The notes: generated from the sequence alone by a model not told the origin. 64,000 nucleotides of DNA from Candidatus Magasanikbacteria bacterium RIFOXYD1_FULL_40_23 (GCA_001783215.1 MFRA01000005.1:329423-393422), one strand, 5' to 3'; shown: positions 16,407-26,366, numbered from the stretch's first letter. A program made the numbers and translations.

Positions 16407-17348
16407 ATGAAAAAATTTCTCGTATTTCTACTTAAATTTATCATAAATATCGCCATTATTGGCGGGTTAGTTTTTGTGTTCCGTGAACCTTTGTGGAACT
16501 TGTGGAGCGTGGTTCAGACCCAATATTTTCCTTGTGCCCAACCTATTGCATATAGCCTGGGTTCTTTTGATAAAAAATTTGGTTTGTCCGAAAAAGAATT
16601 TCTTAGCGCTATAGCGGATGCCGAAGCTGTTTGGGAAAAGCCGGTTGGAAAAAATTTGTTTGAGTACAAAGAAAATGGAAAATTAAAAGTTAATTTGATT
16701 TATGATATTCGCCAAGAGGCAACTGTAAAATTACAAAAATTAGATATAGACGTAAGAGACGATCAGAGTTCGTATAATTCTGTAAAAGCAAAATACGATT
16801 CTTTGAAAGCGGAATATATAAAAGAAAAAGCTGCGCTAGCCGCCAAAGTAGCCGAGCTGGAAGCTGCCAAAAGTAAATATGAAGCGGAAGTAGAATATTG
16901 GAATAGTCACGGAGGTGCAAACAAAGAAACACGTGCACAATTAGAAAAAGAAAGATTGGCGCTCAACGTTATGATAGATCAGATAAACGGAATGCAGGAC
17001 AGGCTAAATGCCAAAGTAGAAAATATAAATGCATTGGTAGTGGTGCTAAACAGATTGGCGCAAACTTTAAATATTACCGTAGATAAATATAATCAAGTGG
17101 GTGACCAGCTGTCAGGAGAATTTGAAGAGGGTTCTTATCAGAGCGGTCCGGAAGGGCAAAAAATAGATATTTATCAATTTGATAATCGTGCAAAATTAAT
17201 ACGCGTGTTAGCGCACGAGCTGGGGCATGCTTTGGGGCTAGACCATATAGAAGAACCTAAAGCGATAATGTATCGGTTGAATAATGGTATAAACGAAAAG
17301 CTGACAGAAGGGGATCTGTCAGTTGTAAAGATGTACTGTAAAATTTAG
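16407..17348 (+). CDS. matrixin-like (M10 family) zinc metalloprotease with N-terminal TM helix and coiled-coil
   Basis: HELGHALGLDH zinc-binding motif plus a Met-turn (IMY) downstream; N-terminal hydrophobic helix. Confidence 0.6.
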   Translation: MKKFLVFLLKFIINIAIIGGLVFVFREPLWNLWSVVQTQYFPCAQPIAYSLGSFDKKFGLSEKEFLSAIADAEAVWEKPVGKNLFEYKENGKLKVNLIYDIRQEATVKLQKLDIDVRDDQSSYNSVKAKYDSLKAEYIKEKAALAAKVAELEAAKSKYEAEVEYWNSHGGANKETRAQLEKERLALNVMIDQINGMQDRLNAKVENINALVVVLNRLAQTLNITVDKYNQVGDQLSGEFEEGSYQSGPEGQKIDIYQFDNRAKLIRVLAHELGHALGLDHIEEPKAIMYRLNNGINEKLTEGDLSVVKMYCKI

Positions 17349-18814
17349 AGAGTTTCCAAATCCAAAACTTGGTCAATTTTTATTTGATCTACAAATTCTG
17401 GTACGTGGCTAACGAGAATAATCGCGCCTTCAAACTCGTCTAGAGCTTTGGCGATAATAGGTAAGTGGCGGAAGTTAATGTGGTTGGTAGGCTCGTCCAT
17501 AATAAGAAGCCCTGGTTTTTGCAAAACAAATCTAGCGTAGCAGAGTAAACCTTTTTGCCCTTCGGATAATGAGCCGACCTTGTTCTTTAATATTTGAGAA
17601 GAGAGTAAAAATTGGGCGCCAGTGGCGTAGATTTCTTGGTTCCATGGGTTGTGCATCATTTCTTCTAGTGCTTGGTATCCTGTTTTATCAAAATCTAAAC
17701 CAGAAAAATCTTGGCGATAATAGCCCACACGCACGTCTGGGGTAATAATTGCACCCTCTTCGGTGCCAGAAGCCAAAGCTTGCAGTAGAGTGCTTTTGCC
17801 AATACCATTTGGTCCTTTGATTAGTAAACGTTGTTTTTTGCGTACCGTAATAGCTGGAGAAATTGTTTTGTGCACTGGTTCGTTGTTTATCATTACACCA
17901 ACAGATTTTATTTCTACCATTGGTCCGATAATTTCTGGTTGAGAGGGGATAGTGAAATCATTTATAGTTTTGTCTTCTTGGCGTTCCTCTACCATATTGT
18001 CTTCGGCTTCTTCTATTTGGTCGCGAAGTTTACTGGCAAGCGCACGCATCTTACCACCTTTGTTGGCAAAAAAGTTTACTTTGTCTTTTCTGTCTTGAAT
18101 ACTTTTTCGTAGCTGAGCGTTTTTGGCGCGTTCACGTTCTATGCGAGCTTCTATTTCTCCGAGTACATTGTAGTAGTCGCCTACGTAGTATTCTACTTTT
18201 TGAGTGAAAGAATCTAGGTACAGCACACCATCGGTAAATGCGTTTAAGAAATTTGCATCGTGAGAAATAACCAGAACAGTTTTTTGGTAGGACATTAGAA
18301 ACGCTGTGAGGTGGTCTATGCCCTGAGTGTCCAAATTGTTGGTTGGTTCGTCTAGAAGTAAAATATCTGGTTTTTGGATAAGTGCATAAGCCAAAAGAAG
18401 TCTGGCTTGTTGGCCGCCGGAGAATTGTTTTACTTTTTTATCTAGCGGAGCGGTTAGGTGCACAATCTCCAAAACTTCAGCGATACGTTTTGGTAAATCG
18501 TAAATTTTTTTATCTTGATCAAAAACTTGTCCAAAAAATTCTTCAATGGTTTTTTCCAAGTTTTCTGGCTTCATTACTTGGGTAGCGATAGCAATTGTGG
18601 CGCCAAGGCTTACATTGGCTTGGCCACTCTCTGGTTTAATTTCTTTGGTGATTAGTTTAAAAATAGTGCTTTTGCCGGCACCGTTTTGGCCCATGATAGT
18701 GATTTTGGAATTTTGGCGAATAGAAAAACTAGCCTCTTCCAAAATAGGCTTGTTTGGGTTGTAGGCGAATTTCACCTTATCAAAGCTGATTATAACGTTT
18801 CCGTGGTCGGCCAT
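17345..18814 (-). CDS. ABC-F family ATPase (tandem ABC domains, no TMD)
   Basis: two Walker A motifs (GQNGAGKST, GPNGIGKST), two signature motifs (FSGGQQ, LSEGQKG), and an inter-domain linker. Confidence 0.8.
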   Translation of the reverse strand: MADHGNVIISFDKVKFAYNPNKPILEEASFSIRQNSKITIMGQNGAGKSTIFKLITKEIKPESGQANVSLGATIAIATQVMKPENLEKTIEEFFGQVFDQDKKIYDLPKRIAEVLEIVHLTAPLDKKVKQFSGGQQARLLLAYALIQKPDILLLDEPTNNLDTQGIDHLTAFLMSYQKTVLVISHDANFLNAFTDGVLYLDSFTQKVEYYVGDYYNVLGEIEARIERERAKNAQLRKSIQDRKDKVNFFANKGGKMRALASKLRDQIEEAEDNMVEERQEDKTINDFTIPSQPEIIGPMVEIKSVGVMINNEPVHKTISPAITVRKKQRLLIKGPNGIGKSTLLQALASGTEEGAIITPDVRVGYYRQDFSGLDFDKTGYQALEEMMHNPWNQEIYATGAQFLLSSQILKNKVGSLSEGQKGLLCYARFVLQKPGLLIMDEPTNHINFRHLPIIAKALDEFEGAIILVSHVPEFVDQIKIDQVLDLETL

Positions 18815-18899
18815 ATATAAAATACTTTGTAAATTTCAACTTCAATATACTAGCAGAAAAAAGCGGTTTGGTCAACCCAGTTAAATGTCGCCTTGCGAC

Positions 18900-18926
18900 A
18901 ATTTTGCTTTGTTTGTAAGCAAAATT
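18900..18926. promoter_or_regulatory. perfect 10-bp inverted repeat (AATTTTGCTT-N7-AAGCAAAATT), candidate operator in a divergent intergenic region
   Basis: seen directly; it lies between the ABC-F start and the 19001 gene. Confidence 0.3.
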
Positions 18927-19000
18927 ATTTAACAGGGTCAATCTGATTGTCTTTGTTTTAGGTTTTGTGGTAGTTTTAAAGGCAACAGGAGGAAGTTTTT

Positions 19001-19234
19001 ATGGGCAAGCCACCGCTGGAGTTTACTCCATTCCATGAGCCAATAGAGAAGAAGATAGCCCGTTGGTGGGCTGGAACCAAGCGTTTGGTCGGCACTTCCG
19101 CTGTAGGCGGAGTAGTAGCTGTGCTTGCACCAATTCCCGGTCCGCACACCGTGGTGATGTTGGGCGGTATGGTTGTGGGAGCAGCCGTTGCTGTAGTTAC
19201 GCGTAAGAAAAGAGTCCCTATTGTGAAGAAGTAG
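19001..19234 (+). CDS. small membrane protein
   Basis: 77 aa, two hydrophobic helices, preceded by an AGGAGG Shine-Dalgarno 8 nt upstream. Confidence 0.4.
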   Translation: MGKPPLEFTPFHEPIEKKIARWWAGTKRLVGTSAVGGVVAVLAPIPGPHTVVMLGGMVVGAAVAVVTRKKRVPIVKK

Positions 19235-19263
19235 CAGTTGGCAAAGGAAGGCTGTTTGGTCGC

Positions 19264-19296
19264 CCTGAGTTGCGCGTTGCGGTTCAGGGTTTTTTA
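19264..19296 (+). terminator. intrinsic terminator
   Basis: CCCTGAG-loop-TTCAGGG followed by TTTTTT. Confidence 0.5.
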
Positions 19297-19414
19297 ATTC
19301 ACAACTAAAATATAGGAAAGTATGTTATAATATAAATAGATATAAAGAGGGGAAAACAATCTCGACAAAATCGGGATTGTTTTTATTAAAATAATTAATA
19401 CATTTTTTGTAAAC

Positions 19415-19920
19415 ACTCCTTCATCATCCCATTTTGTCAGCAAAAACCTCTATAGCCGCTTTCTTTAGAAGAAAGTGGCGGAAAGAATCGCTCGCGGTGG
19501 AAAGGATTCAGAAAATTTAGGACTCGTTTTCGTTAATTTTCAAAACTCACCAGCTTTTTGTTCGCAAAAAGCTGTCTCAAACATTAAAAATTTCCTTTAA
19601 GGAACTCTCAAACTCATCTCTAAATTTTAACTTCACCTTTCCAAAGCTCGCCTGGACAATCGACGGACAACCAATTGTCCCCGAGCATATGGATATCGAG
19701 CCGAGCAGTTCGAGATGAGTTTTTCGTGTCTGGCTCTGTGTTTGAACCCCCGAGGGGGTGAGTTCAGAGTCAGAGAAAAATGAGTCCGAACTGGCTGTGA
19801 GATATTCATCCGCGAGGCAGTTTTGGGGTATCACCCCGTTTTGTTGACAAAATGGGGTGATAAAGGTTAGCGAGCGATTCTTGCCCACTTCTACTAAAGA
19901 AGTGGGGAGAAGAAAGGTTT
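19415..19920. other. structured non-coding region / candidate ncRNA or decayed element with long-range inverted repeats
   Basis: a perfect 15-bp hairpin at 19830-19863 with a partial copy at 19417-19445; 19456-19500 is roughly reverse-complementary to 19867-19918; CCCCCGAGGGGG hairpin at 19748-19759. Confidence 0.3.
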
Positions 19921-20034
19921 GTAAAGGCGGAATGTATATTTGACATTAAAGTTAAAAAAATATAAAGTATCGTGGTAATTTTAAGTATATACAGCTGGAA
20001 AATTCCGGCTGTAATTAAATATATCCATATCTCT

Positions 20035-22110
20035 ATGAAGCAAAATATAGTGAAAGCGGTGAAACTTTTAATCTATGCGACATTTTTTGTACCGCTACTG
20101 GTTCTGCCGATGTCATTTATCTTTCCTTTCATCGTTCCAAAGATTTTAGTATTTCGATCTTTGGTAGAACTAATGCTGGCCGGGTATATTTTACTTCTTA
20201 TTATAAACTGGAAAGAGTTTAAGCCTAAATTTACTTTGTTAAATTTGGCTTTGGCTGCTTTTTTTGCCAGTTTTACAGCTTCTACTTTTATTGGTGTAGA
20301 TCCTTATCATAGTTTTTGGGATAATCACGAAAGAATGTTAGGTCTGTTTACTATTTTTCACTACGTTGCATATTATCTTGTTTGTAGTTCTGTATTCAAA
20401 ACTTGGGAAGATTGGAAAAAGGCTCTAAAAATATTTTTGGTAGCTGGCTCGGCCGTAATGTTTATTGGTATTTTGCAACACTTCAAATCCGGTATACTGC
20501 TTAACCAAGATATGGGCAGAGTCGCTAGTACTTTGGGTAACTCTATCTATGTTGGTGGGTACGGTTTGTTCTTAATCTTTGTATCATTTTTACTTTTCAT
20601 CAAAGAAAATAATAAAGTTTGGAAATGGCTAGAAGTGGCTGCTGGTATTTTGGCAGTATTTGGTATGTTCTTCAGTGGTACCCGTGGTTCTATACTTGGT
20701 TTGGTAGCTGGTTTGGGTATAGCTGTGCTTGGTTATATTATCGTGTTGCGAGACTTTCCTAAAGCCAGAAAAATTATGGTTGGTGTAGCAGTAGGTGGTG
20801 TGGCTGTTATTTCTTTATTGTATGCATTTAGACAAACTAGTTTTGTGCAAAGCATTCCAGCAGTTAACCGCACTATCAATACTTCTTTTACCAGCGTAAA
20901 GAATAGTCCGCGCTGGATAGCTTGGGAAGTGGCTGTAGAAAGTTGGAAGAAAAAGCCAGTATTTGGTTGGGGGCCAAACAATTTCTTTTACGCTTTCAAT
21001 GCGCACTATCAACCAAGATCTTTGGAGTATGGTTATGGAGAAACTTGGTTTGATAATGCTCACAATATTATAATGAATACTTTGGCAGTACAGGGAGCTA
21101 TAGGTTTGGTCAGCTACCTATTTATTTTCTTGGCAGCTATTATTATGTTGGCGCTTGCTAGAATCAGAAAAACTTTGGACTTACACGTGGCTGTAATTGG
21201 CGCTTCGTTTTTGGTGGCCCACTTGGTGCAAAATGTAACCGTGTTTGAAAATCCAACTTCTTATTTATATTTTATGTTTTGGTTGGCGATGGTAGGTAGC
21301 TTGTCAGTAAGAGTAGCTGAACCAGTTGTGGCCGCAATAAAAAATAATGTAAAACCAAACAATACTACACCAGATAAAACTATGAAAATGGGTGGTGTAA
21401 CCACTGCTGGTGTATTGGCTTTGCTTGTCGTGTTTATATTTAATATCCAGCCGGCCAGAGCCAATATGAAGACGTTGGAGGCGCTTAAATTTTTAAGTTA
21501 CCAACCGGAAGTAGGAGTAGAAACAATGAAAATGGCGTTGGCTTTTAACTCTCCTCACATAGACGATATTCGCAGTGATATTACCCGTACGCTTATCTCT
21601 GTGCTTAGCGCCGAAAAATCCAAATTAAGCAAGGAAAAAAACTTGGAAGTATTTAATATAGCTTCCGAAGCGATTAAAGCCAATATAGCGCTTCATCCTT
21701 ATGATATAAGAAACTATCTTACATTGGGTCAGTTGAGTCAGGTTGGTTATATGTTAACCGGTGATGCAAAATATATCGGAGAATATGGAACTAATTTAGA
21801 AGTAGCTAGAACTTATTCTCCTAAACGTCAGCAAATTATATACAATATCGCCAATTTTTATTTACAGATTGGTAGAAACGACGAAGCTGTTAAGCTGTTA
21901 GAAGAAACTATAGATGATGATCCAAAAATAGCAGAAGGTTATTGGCGTTTGGCTTATCTATATAAGTTAATTGGAAAATTAGATAAAGCCAAAGAGGTTT
22001 TGGATTGGGCTACGAAGAATAATATAGTATTTAGACCGGAAGAGCAGACATTGGTAGACGAAATCCTAGACGCTATAAAAGCTAGTGGCGTTAAAGCCAA
22101 AGTGAAATAA
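20035..22110 (+). CDS. O-antigen ligase/PglL-like (Wzy_C) polytopic membrane protein with C-terminal TPR repeats
   Basis: about 12 TM helices with an FSGTRGSILG Wzy_C-like loop; C-terminal 200 aa TPR-like (AEGYWRLAYLYKLIGKLDKA); the start was moved to ATG 20035. Confidence 0.5.
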   Translation: MKQNIVKAVKLLIYATFFVPLLVLPMSFIFPFIVPKILVFRSLVELMLAGYILLLIINWKEFKPKFTLLNLALAAFFASFTASTFIGVDPYHSFWDNHERMLGLFTIFHYVAYYLVCSSVFKTWEDWKKALKIFLVAGSAVMFIGILQHFKSGILLNQDMGRVASTLGNSIYVGGYGLFLIFVSFLLFIKENNKVWKWLEVAAGILAVFGMFFSGTRGSILGLVAGLGIAVLGYIIVLRDFPKARKIMVGVAVGGVAVISLLYAFRQTSFVQSIPAVNRTINTSFTSVKNSPRWIAWEVAVESWKKKPVFGWGPNNFFYAFNAHYQPRSLEYGYGETWFDNAHNIIMNTLAVQGAIGLVSYLFIFLAAIIMLALARIRKTLDLHVAVIGASFLVAHLVQNVTVFENPTSYLYFMFWLAMVGSLSVRVAEPVVAAIKNNVKPNNTTPDKTMKMGGVTTAGVLALLVVFIFNIQPARANMKTLEALKFLSYQPEVGVETMKMALAFNSPHIDDIRSDITRTLISVLSAEKSKLSKEKNLEVFNIASEAIKANIALHPYDIRNYLTLGQLSQVGYMLTGDAKYIGEYGTNLEVARTYSPKRQQIIYNIANFYLQIGRNDEAVKLLEETIDDDPKIAEGYWRLAYLYKLIGKLDKAKEVLDWATKNNIVFRPEEQTLVDEILDAIKASGVKAKVK

Positions 22111-22115
22111 AAGTT

Positions 22116-22862
22116 ATGGAAACAAAGGAGTACGAAATAATGGACAGAATTGAACATGATCATTTTTGGTTTGTTGCAAAAAGAAAATACTTATCAGTGG
22201 TACTAGATAAATACTTCTCGCAGGGCGGAAAAATGTTGGATGTTGGTTGCGGTACGGGCGCAGTAATGGAATTTTTGAAGAGCAGAGGCGAAGTAGAGGG
22301 GGTGGATATGAGTGAAACCGCTCTTAACTATTGTCGTCAAAAAAATTTAAAAGTAGAAAAGGGCTTGGCTAACGAAATGCCGTATAGTCAAAATACTTTT
22401 GATGCTGTATTTGCTTTGGATGTGTTGGAGCATTTGGATAATCCAGTCGGAGCAGTAAAAGAGGCTTCTAGGGTGCTAAAAGATGGTGGTTTGTTTTTTG
22501 CCACCGTGCCAGCTCATCAGTGGCTTTGGTCTCCACATGATGTATCTATGCATCACAAAAAAAGATATGCCAAACAAGATTTTGCCCAACTGTTTGCAGG
22601 CGAATTTGATATTTTAGCGTTGTCTTGGATACACGCATTTATACTGTTGCCGGCTATGGCGGTTAGATTGATTAGAAATCTTTTAAATAACAAAAGCAAT
22701 AGTTCGGATGTAAAAGAGTCTTCAGCTGTAATAAATAAAATAATGTCGTTGCTTTATTTTATAGAAATATCTATATTTAAAGTTTTTTACTCTTTACCTT
22801 TTGGGCTTTCTTTGCTGGTTGTTGCCAAGAAAAAATCATCTGGAGAAGTGGCTAAAAGTTAA
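22116..22862 (+). CDS. class I SAM-dependent methyltransferase with C-terminal hydrophobic tail
   Basis: motif I MLDVGCGTG; DVLEHLDNP; Methyltransf_11-like. Confidence 0.6.
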   Translation: METKEYEIMDRIEHDHFWFVAKRKYLSVVLDKYFSQGGKMLDVGCGTGAVMEFLKSRGEVEGVDMSETALNYCRQKNLKVEKGLANEMPYSQNTFDAVFALDVLEHLDNPVGAVKEASRVLKDGGLFFATVPAHQWLWSPHDVSMHHKKRYAKQDFAQLFAGEFDILALSWIHAFILLPAMAVRLIRNLLNNKSNSSDVKESSAVINKIMSLLYFIEISIFKVFYSLPFGLSLLVVAKKKSSGEVAKS

Positions 22863-22980
22863 AGAAGCTAGTACTCAAAACGCTGTTGGTAATATAAGTT
22901 TTTGAGTTGTCAGTTTTTGATAAGTTTGTTAGAATAGGGTTCGTGGAGTTTGTCTTGAACTTTGCGTAAAGTATTTTTAT

Positions 22981-23718
22981 ATGAATGAAAATCCTTCTGT
23001 TAAGCCAGAACTATCCGTGGTAATTTTGTGTTACCGCGCCGAAGATTTTGTGCCGGTTTTTGTAAAAGAAATGAAGGAAGCTTTGGATAAAGAAAATTTT
23101 AATTATGAATTAGTTTTGGTAGCAAACTACCATAAAGACGCCCCAAAACCAGACAAGACACCAGAAATTGTTCGCCAGTTGGCTCAAAACGACCCTCGTA
23201 TAGTCGTAGTTGCAAGAGAAAAAGAGGGGATGATGGGTTGGGATATGAGAACTGGGCTAGACGCCGCTACCGGAGAAAATATTGCCGTAATAGATGGTGA
23301 TGGTCAAATGCCTCCGCAAGATATAATTAAAGTTTATAATTTGCTTAAAGAAGGCAAGTTTGATGTTGCCAAAACATATCGTGACGCACGGTTTGATGGC
23401 TTGGTTAGAGTGGTTATTTCCAGAGTTTATAACTTCTTGTTCAAGGTTTTATTTCCTAAGGCCACTGTTCGTGATGTTAATTCTAAACCAAAAATTTTTA
23501 CTCGTGCTGCGTTTGATCAGCTCAAATTAACATCGGACGATTGGTTTATTGATGCAGAAATTATAATAAGAGCAACCCAGCTAGGGTTTACCATTGGTGA
23601 AGTAGAGACTCAATTTTTCCCAAATAAATACCGAAACTCCTTCGTTCGCTTTACTACTATCTTTGAATTTATCAAAAACTTTTTGCGTTTTCGTTGGGGC
23701 AATATTTTTAAGAAATAA
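22981..23718 (+). CDS. family-2 glycosyltransferase (polyprenyl-phosphate sugar synthase-like)
   Basis: LSVVILCYRAE ... DGDGQMPPQD GT-A fold DxD region. Confidence 0.6.
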   Translation: MNENPSVKPELSVVILCYRAEDFVPVFVKEMKEALDKENFNYELVLVANYHKDAPKPDKTPEIVRQLAQNDPRIVVVAREKEGMMGWDMRTGLDAATGENIAVIDGDGQMPPQDIIKVYNLLKEGKFDVAKTYRDARFDGLVRVVISRVYNFLFKVLFPKATVRDVNSKPKIFTRAAFDQLKLTSDDWFIDAEIIIRATQLGFTIGEVETQFFPNKYRNSFVRFTTIFEFIKNFLRFRWGNIFKK

Positions 23719-23784
23719 GTAATCTCAGTTTGACTAAGAAGTCGGGTGAAGTACCTTGACTTTTGATAATTTTTATTGTAAGGT

Positions 23785-24672
23785 GTGCAAATGAAAACCA
23801 ATCGGACAATTTCTGGTGATTTGCTCATACTCATCGCCATGGCGATGTTTGGATCACTGTCACTGTTTTTGCGAATTTTGCCGCACGTTTCACCTCTTGC
23901 GTTTCTAGGTGCGTTTCAGGTAGTTGGCATGGTAAGTTTTTTCATTCTTGCCCGTGCTCAGGGAATGCCACGCCTTACAAAACGTGACTACCTTCTTCTG
24001 GTTGCTCTTGCCGTTACGGCAACCTTGAACGATTTGTGCTACTTCTTTGCATTTACCATGACTTCAGTGGCCAATGCGGCCGTAGCGCACCAGTCGGTTT
24101 CAATATTCCTGCTTATCCTTGCTCCGCTTTTGTTGCGTGAGCGTACGCGCAAGGAAGAGTGGGTTGCACTAATCATTTCTCTTGTCGGTATCGTTGTACT
24201 TTATAGCGATCAATTCGGAATGAGCGGCGATAACAGGTCGAGTCTTATCGGCATTTCGCTCGCAGTGATTTCCGGGCTCTTCTATGCGCTCATCATAGTG
24301 CTCTATCGAATTATCCCCAATCCAGATCGGGGCATCACCATTAGCGTAGTAAACTTTTGGCGACATTTGATAAGCGCTGTGCTTCTTCTGCCATTTCTGC
24401 CACTAATGAATCTTGGTAATTTGCATGTGCAAGATGCATTGCCAATTGTCGGCTTCGGTCTAGCCTTCGCATTTGTCGCCTCTGGAATTCACAATTACGG
24501 GATTAGCAAGACGCGTTCGCTTCATGTCTCCATCCTAGGGAAAAGTGAACCAGTATTTGCAATTGCCTATGCGGCGATGATTTTGCATGAAATGCCAACC
24601 ATACGAGTCTTAATTGGCGGAGCTCTTATCGTAGGGTCAAGCCTGTGGCTCGCCTTGAAGAAAGAAAAATAG
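23785..24672 (+). CDS. EamA/DMT-family transporter
   Basis: 10-TM protein with duplicated EamA halves; raised GC compared with flanking DNA. Confidence 0.65.
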   Translation: MQMKTNRTISGDLLILIAMAMFGSLSLFLRILPHVSPLAFLGAFQVVGMVSFFILARAQGMPRLTKRDYLLLVALAVTATLNDLCYFFAFTMTSVANAAVAHQSVSIFLLILAPLLLRERTRKEEWVALIISLVGIVVLYSDQFGMSGDNRSSLIGISLAVISGLFYALIIVLYRIIPNPDRGITISVVNFWRHLISAVLLLPFLPLMNLGNLHVQDALPIVGFGLAFAFVASGIHNYGISKTRSLHVSILGKSEPVFAIAYAAMILHEMPTIRVLIGGALIVGSSLWLALKKEK

Positions 24673-24711
24673 CACGTATCAATTTATAAATTATCTTCGG
24701 TTCACCGGTCG

Positions 24712-24756
24712 GCACTTTGGAAAAATTCGTAACAACGAACCCCAAAGTGCTTTTTT
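24712..24756 (+). terminator. candidate intrinsic terminator after the EamA gene
   Basis: GCACTTTGG ... CCAAAGTGC stem followed by TTTTTT. Confidence 0.35.
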
Positions 24757-24911
24757 AATAAAATTAAGCGAAAAATCTGGATATATCTTATATTGACAAA
24801 TAGAGTTTTATATGGTATTTATTAATATTCTTTTTAGTATGGTTGGGTAAAAATTATAGTCTAATTGATTATAGTTTTAACCCAATCATACAACTTGGAT
24901 AGGAGGTATCT

Positions 24912-25364
24912 GTGGAGAAGCGCAATCTGGATGTAGAGGAAGCTGCTCGCAATGGTATTTCGACTATCTATGAGCAGATGCCGAACGGAGAGTTCCGTTA
25001 CAAGCTCATGCATAGTGGTTTCGGCAATGTTGGTATCGGTATTGCTGGTATGCATGGTGTTTGGCAGAATAGCCACTACCACAAGGGTGTGCAAGAGTTC
25101 ATGGCAGTTCAAGAGGGTTGGATAGCTTTTGTTGAAATGACACCCGGCGGTCTTGGCTGGATCATTTTGCGCAAGGGCGATACAGTTATCAGCAAGCCAA
25201 ACATTGCGCACAATGTGTATGTGTCGGCTGGCACGGTGTTCTACGGCGTAAAGTTCGGCGATATTGATCCGGAAAAAGGGGATTGGTATCCCAGTCCGGA
25301 ACTCGACGTTCTTGTCAAAGGCATGAGCGAGAGTGAGATTCTTCTGGTTGGTGGAAAGAAGTAG
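24912..25364 (+). CDS. cupin-domain protein
   Basis: HYHKGVQEFMAVQEG ... two-His cupin motifs; GTG start 6 nt after an AGGAGG Shine-Dalgarno. Confidence 0.45.
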   Translation: MEKRNLDVEEAARNGISTIYEQMPNGEFRYKLMHSGFGNVGIGIAGMHGVWQNSHYHKGVQEFMAVQEGWIAFVEMTPGGLGWIILRKGDTVISKPNIAHNVYVSAGTVFYGVKFGDIDPEKGDWYPSPELDVLVKGMSESEILLVGGKK

Positions 25365-25606
25365 GTTTGGTCGGATTGCATTCGTCCAACCTCAGATTAT
25401 CCGAAGTCGGTCGCGTTAGCTACCGGCTTTTATATTTATTTAATATATTTGTCATCTTTATGGATAAAACCATATTGTAGCGTTAGGTGGTTCCAGTAGT
25501 TTAGGCTATTTCATAGGTGTGCATTCCCTTGACTTTTGTGTTTATTTATTATAGATTAATCTGTCCTCTCGATTTACAGTGAGTCGGAGACAAAAAGGGG
25601 AAAGTC

Positions 25607-26299
25607 ATGAAAATCCAGGGATTCGCGTTTGATCTTGAAGGTACGGTAGTGAATGTGGAGCCTGCACATCACAACGCCCATTTCGCCACTGCGGCGGAGG
25701 TTGGCTTGGAGATCAACTCCGATAATGCGTTTCAGCTCTTGCCACACTTCATCGGTGGGCCGGATATCAAGGTGATGGAGGACATTTGGGCACTTAGCCA
25801 GAAGAAGGTCTCGCCCGGTGAGCTATTGAAGCGCAAGCAGTTCCACTACGAGCAGCTGCTCGCAACGATGGACGTGGCTCCGCGCAGAGGCTTTCGGCAC
25901 TTCTTCAACACGGTTGTCGATCTTGGTCTGTCTGTTTCGATCGGTTCGCTTACTCCGATGGTTCAGGCCAGGGTGCTTCTGGATCGCTCAGGTGTGGGCA
26001 AGGTGATTGGGGAGGCGAACATTGTCTTGGCCGAGCATGTGCAGAATCACAAGCCGGCGCCCGATGTGTTCTTGGAGACCGCACGACGGATGGGAATCAA
26101 TCCCACGCGCCAGCTGGTTTTCGAGGATTCACCTCGAGGAGTTCAAGCGGCAATCTCTGCTGGCTCCCGAGCTGTTGGCATGCCGGTCTACAACCGGCCC
26201 GAGGCCACCGTGCCGCTCATCCAGGCGGGCGTTTGCCGGCTGTTCATGGAATGGGACGAGATTAGCGTCTTGCCGTTCCTTCAGAACCTGGCGATGTAG
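25607..26299 (+). CDS. HAD-superfamily hydrolase (beta-phosphoglucomutase-like subfamily)
   Basis: motif I FDLEGTV and a C-terminal FEDSPRGVQAA motif III/IV region; high GC; Shine-Dalgarno AAGGGGAAAG. Confidence 0.6.
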   Translation: MKIQGFAFDLEGTVVNVEPAHHNAHFATAAEVGLEINSDNAFQLLPHFIGGPDIKVMEDIWALSQKKVSPGELLKRKQFHYEQLLATMDVAPRRGFRHFFNTVVDLGLSVSIGSLTPMVQARVLLDRSGVGKVIGEANIVLAEHVQNHKPAPDVFLETARRMGINPTRQLVFEDSPRGVQAAISAGSRAVGMPVYNRPEATVPLIQAGVCRLFMEWDEISVLPFLQNLAM

Positions 26300-26318
26300 A
26301 CACGGTATTAGTAACAAC

Positions 26319-26366
26319 GGCCATCCGACACACGTCGGATTCAAATGAGGGCTTGGCCACCCTCAT
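26319..26366. repeat. island-specific double-hairpin repeat, copy 1 (GGCCATCCGACacacGTCGGAT + GAGGGcttggccaCCCTC)
   Basis: two adjacent perfect hairpins; a near-identical copy at 27203-27250. Confidence 0.6.

Noticed and set aside
16184-16456. 90-aa minus-strand ORF
   Set aside because: It overlaps the tRNA at 16209-16295 and its promoter region. It is low-complexity and almost certainly not coding.
19577-19888. 103-aa minus-strand ORF in the long non-coding gap
   Set aside because: It is low-complexity, lies entirely within the hairpin-rich region, and has no motif. It is treated as part of the candidate structured RNA or decayed element.
19300-19971. RNase P RNA, tmRNA or SRP RNA identity for the structured region
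   Set aside because: The conserved motifs were not found by eye on either strand: GGAAAGUCCGG / ACAGAACCCGGCUUA for RNase P, the tRNA-Ala-like end plus tag ORF for tmRNA, and AGGUCAGGUCCGGAAGGAAGCAGC for SRP. Identity is left open pending a cmscan.
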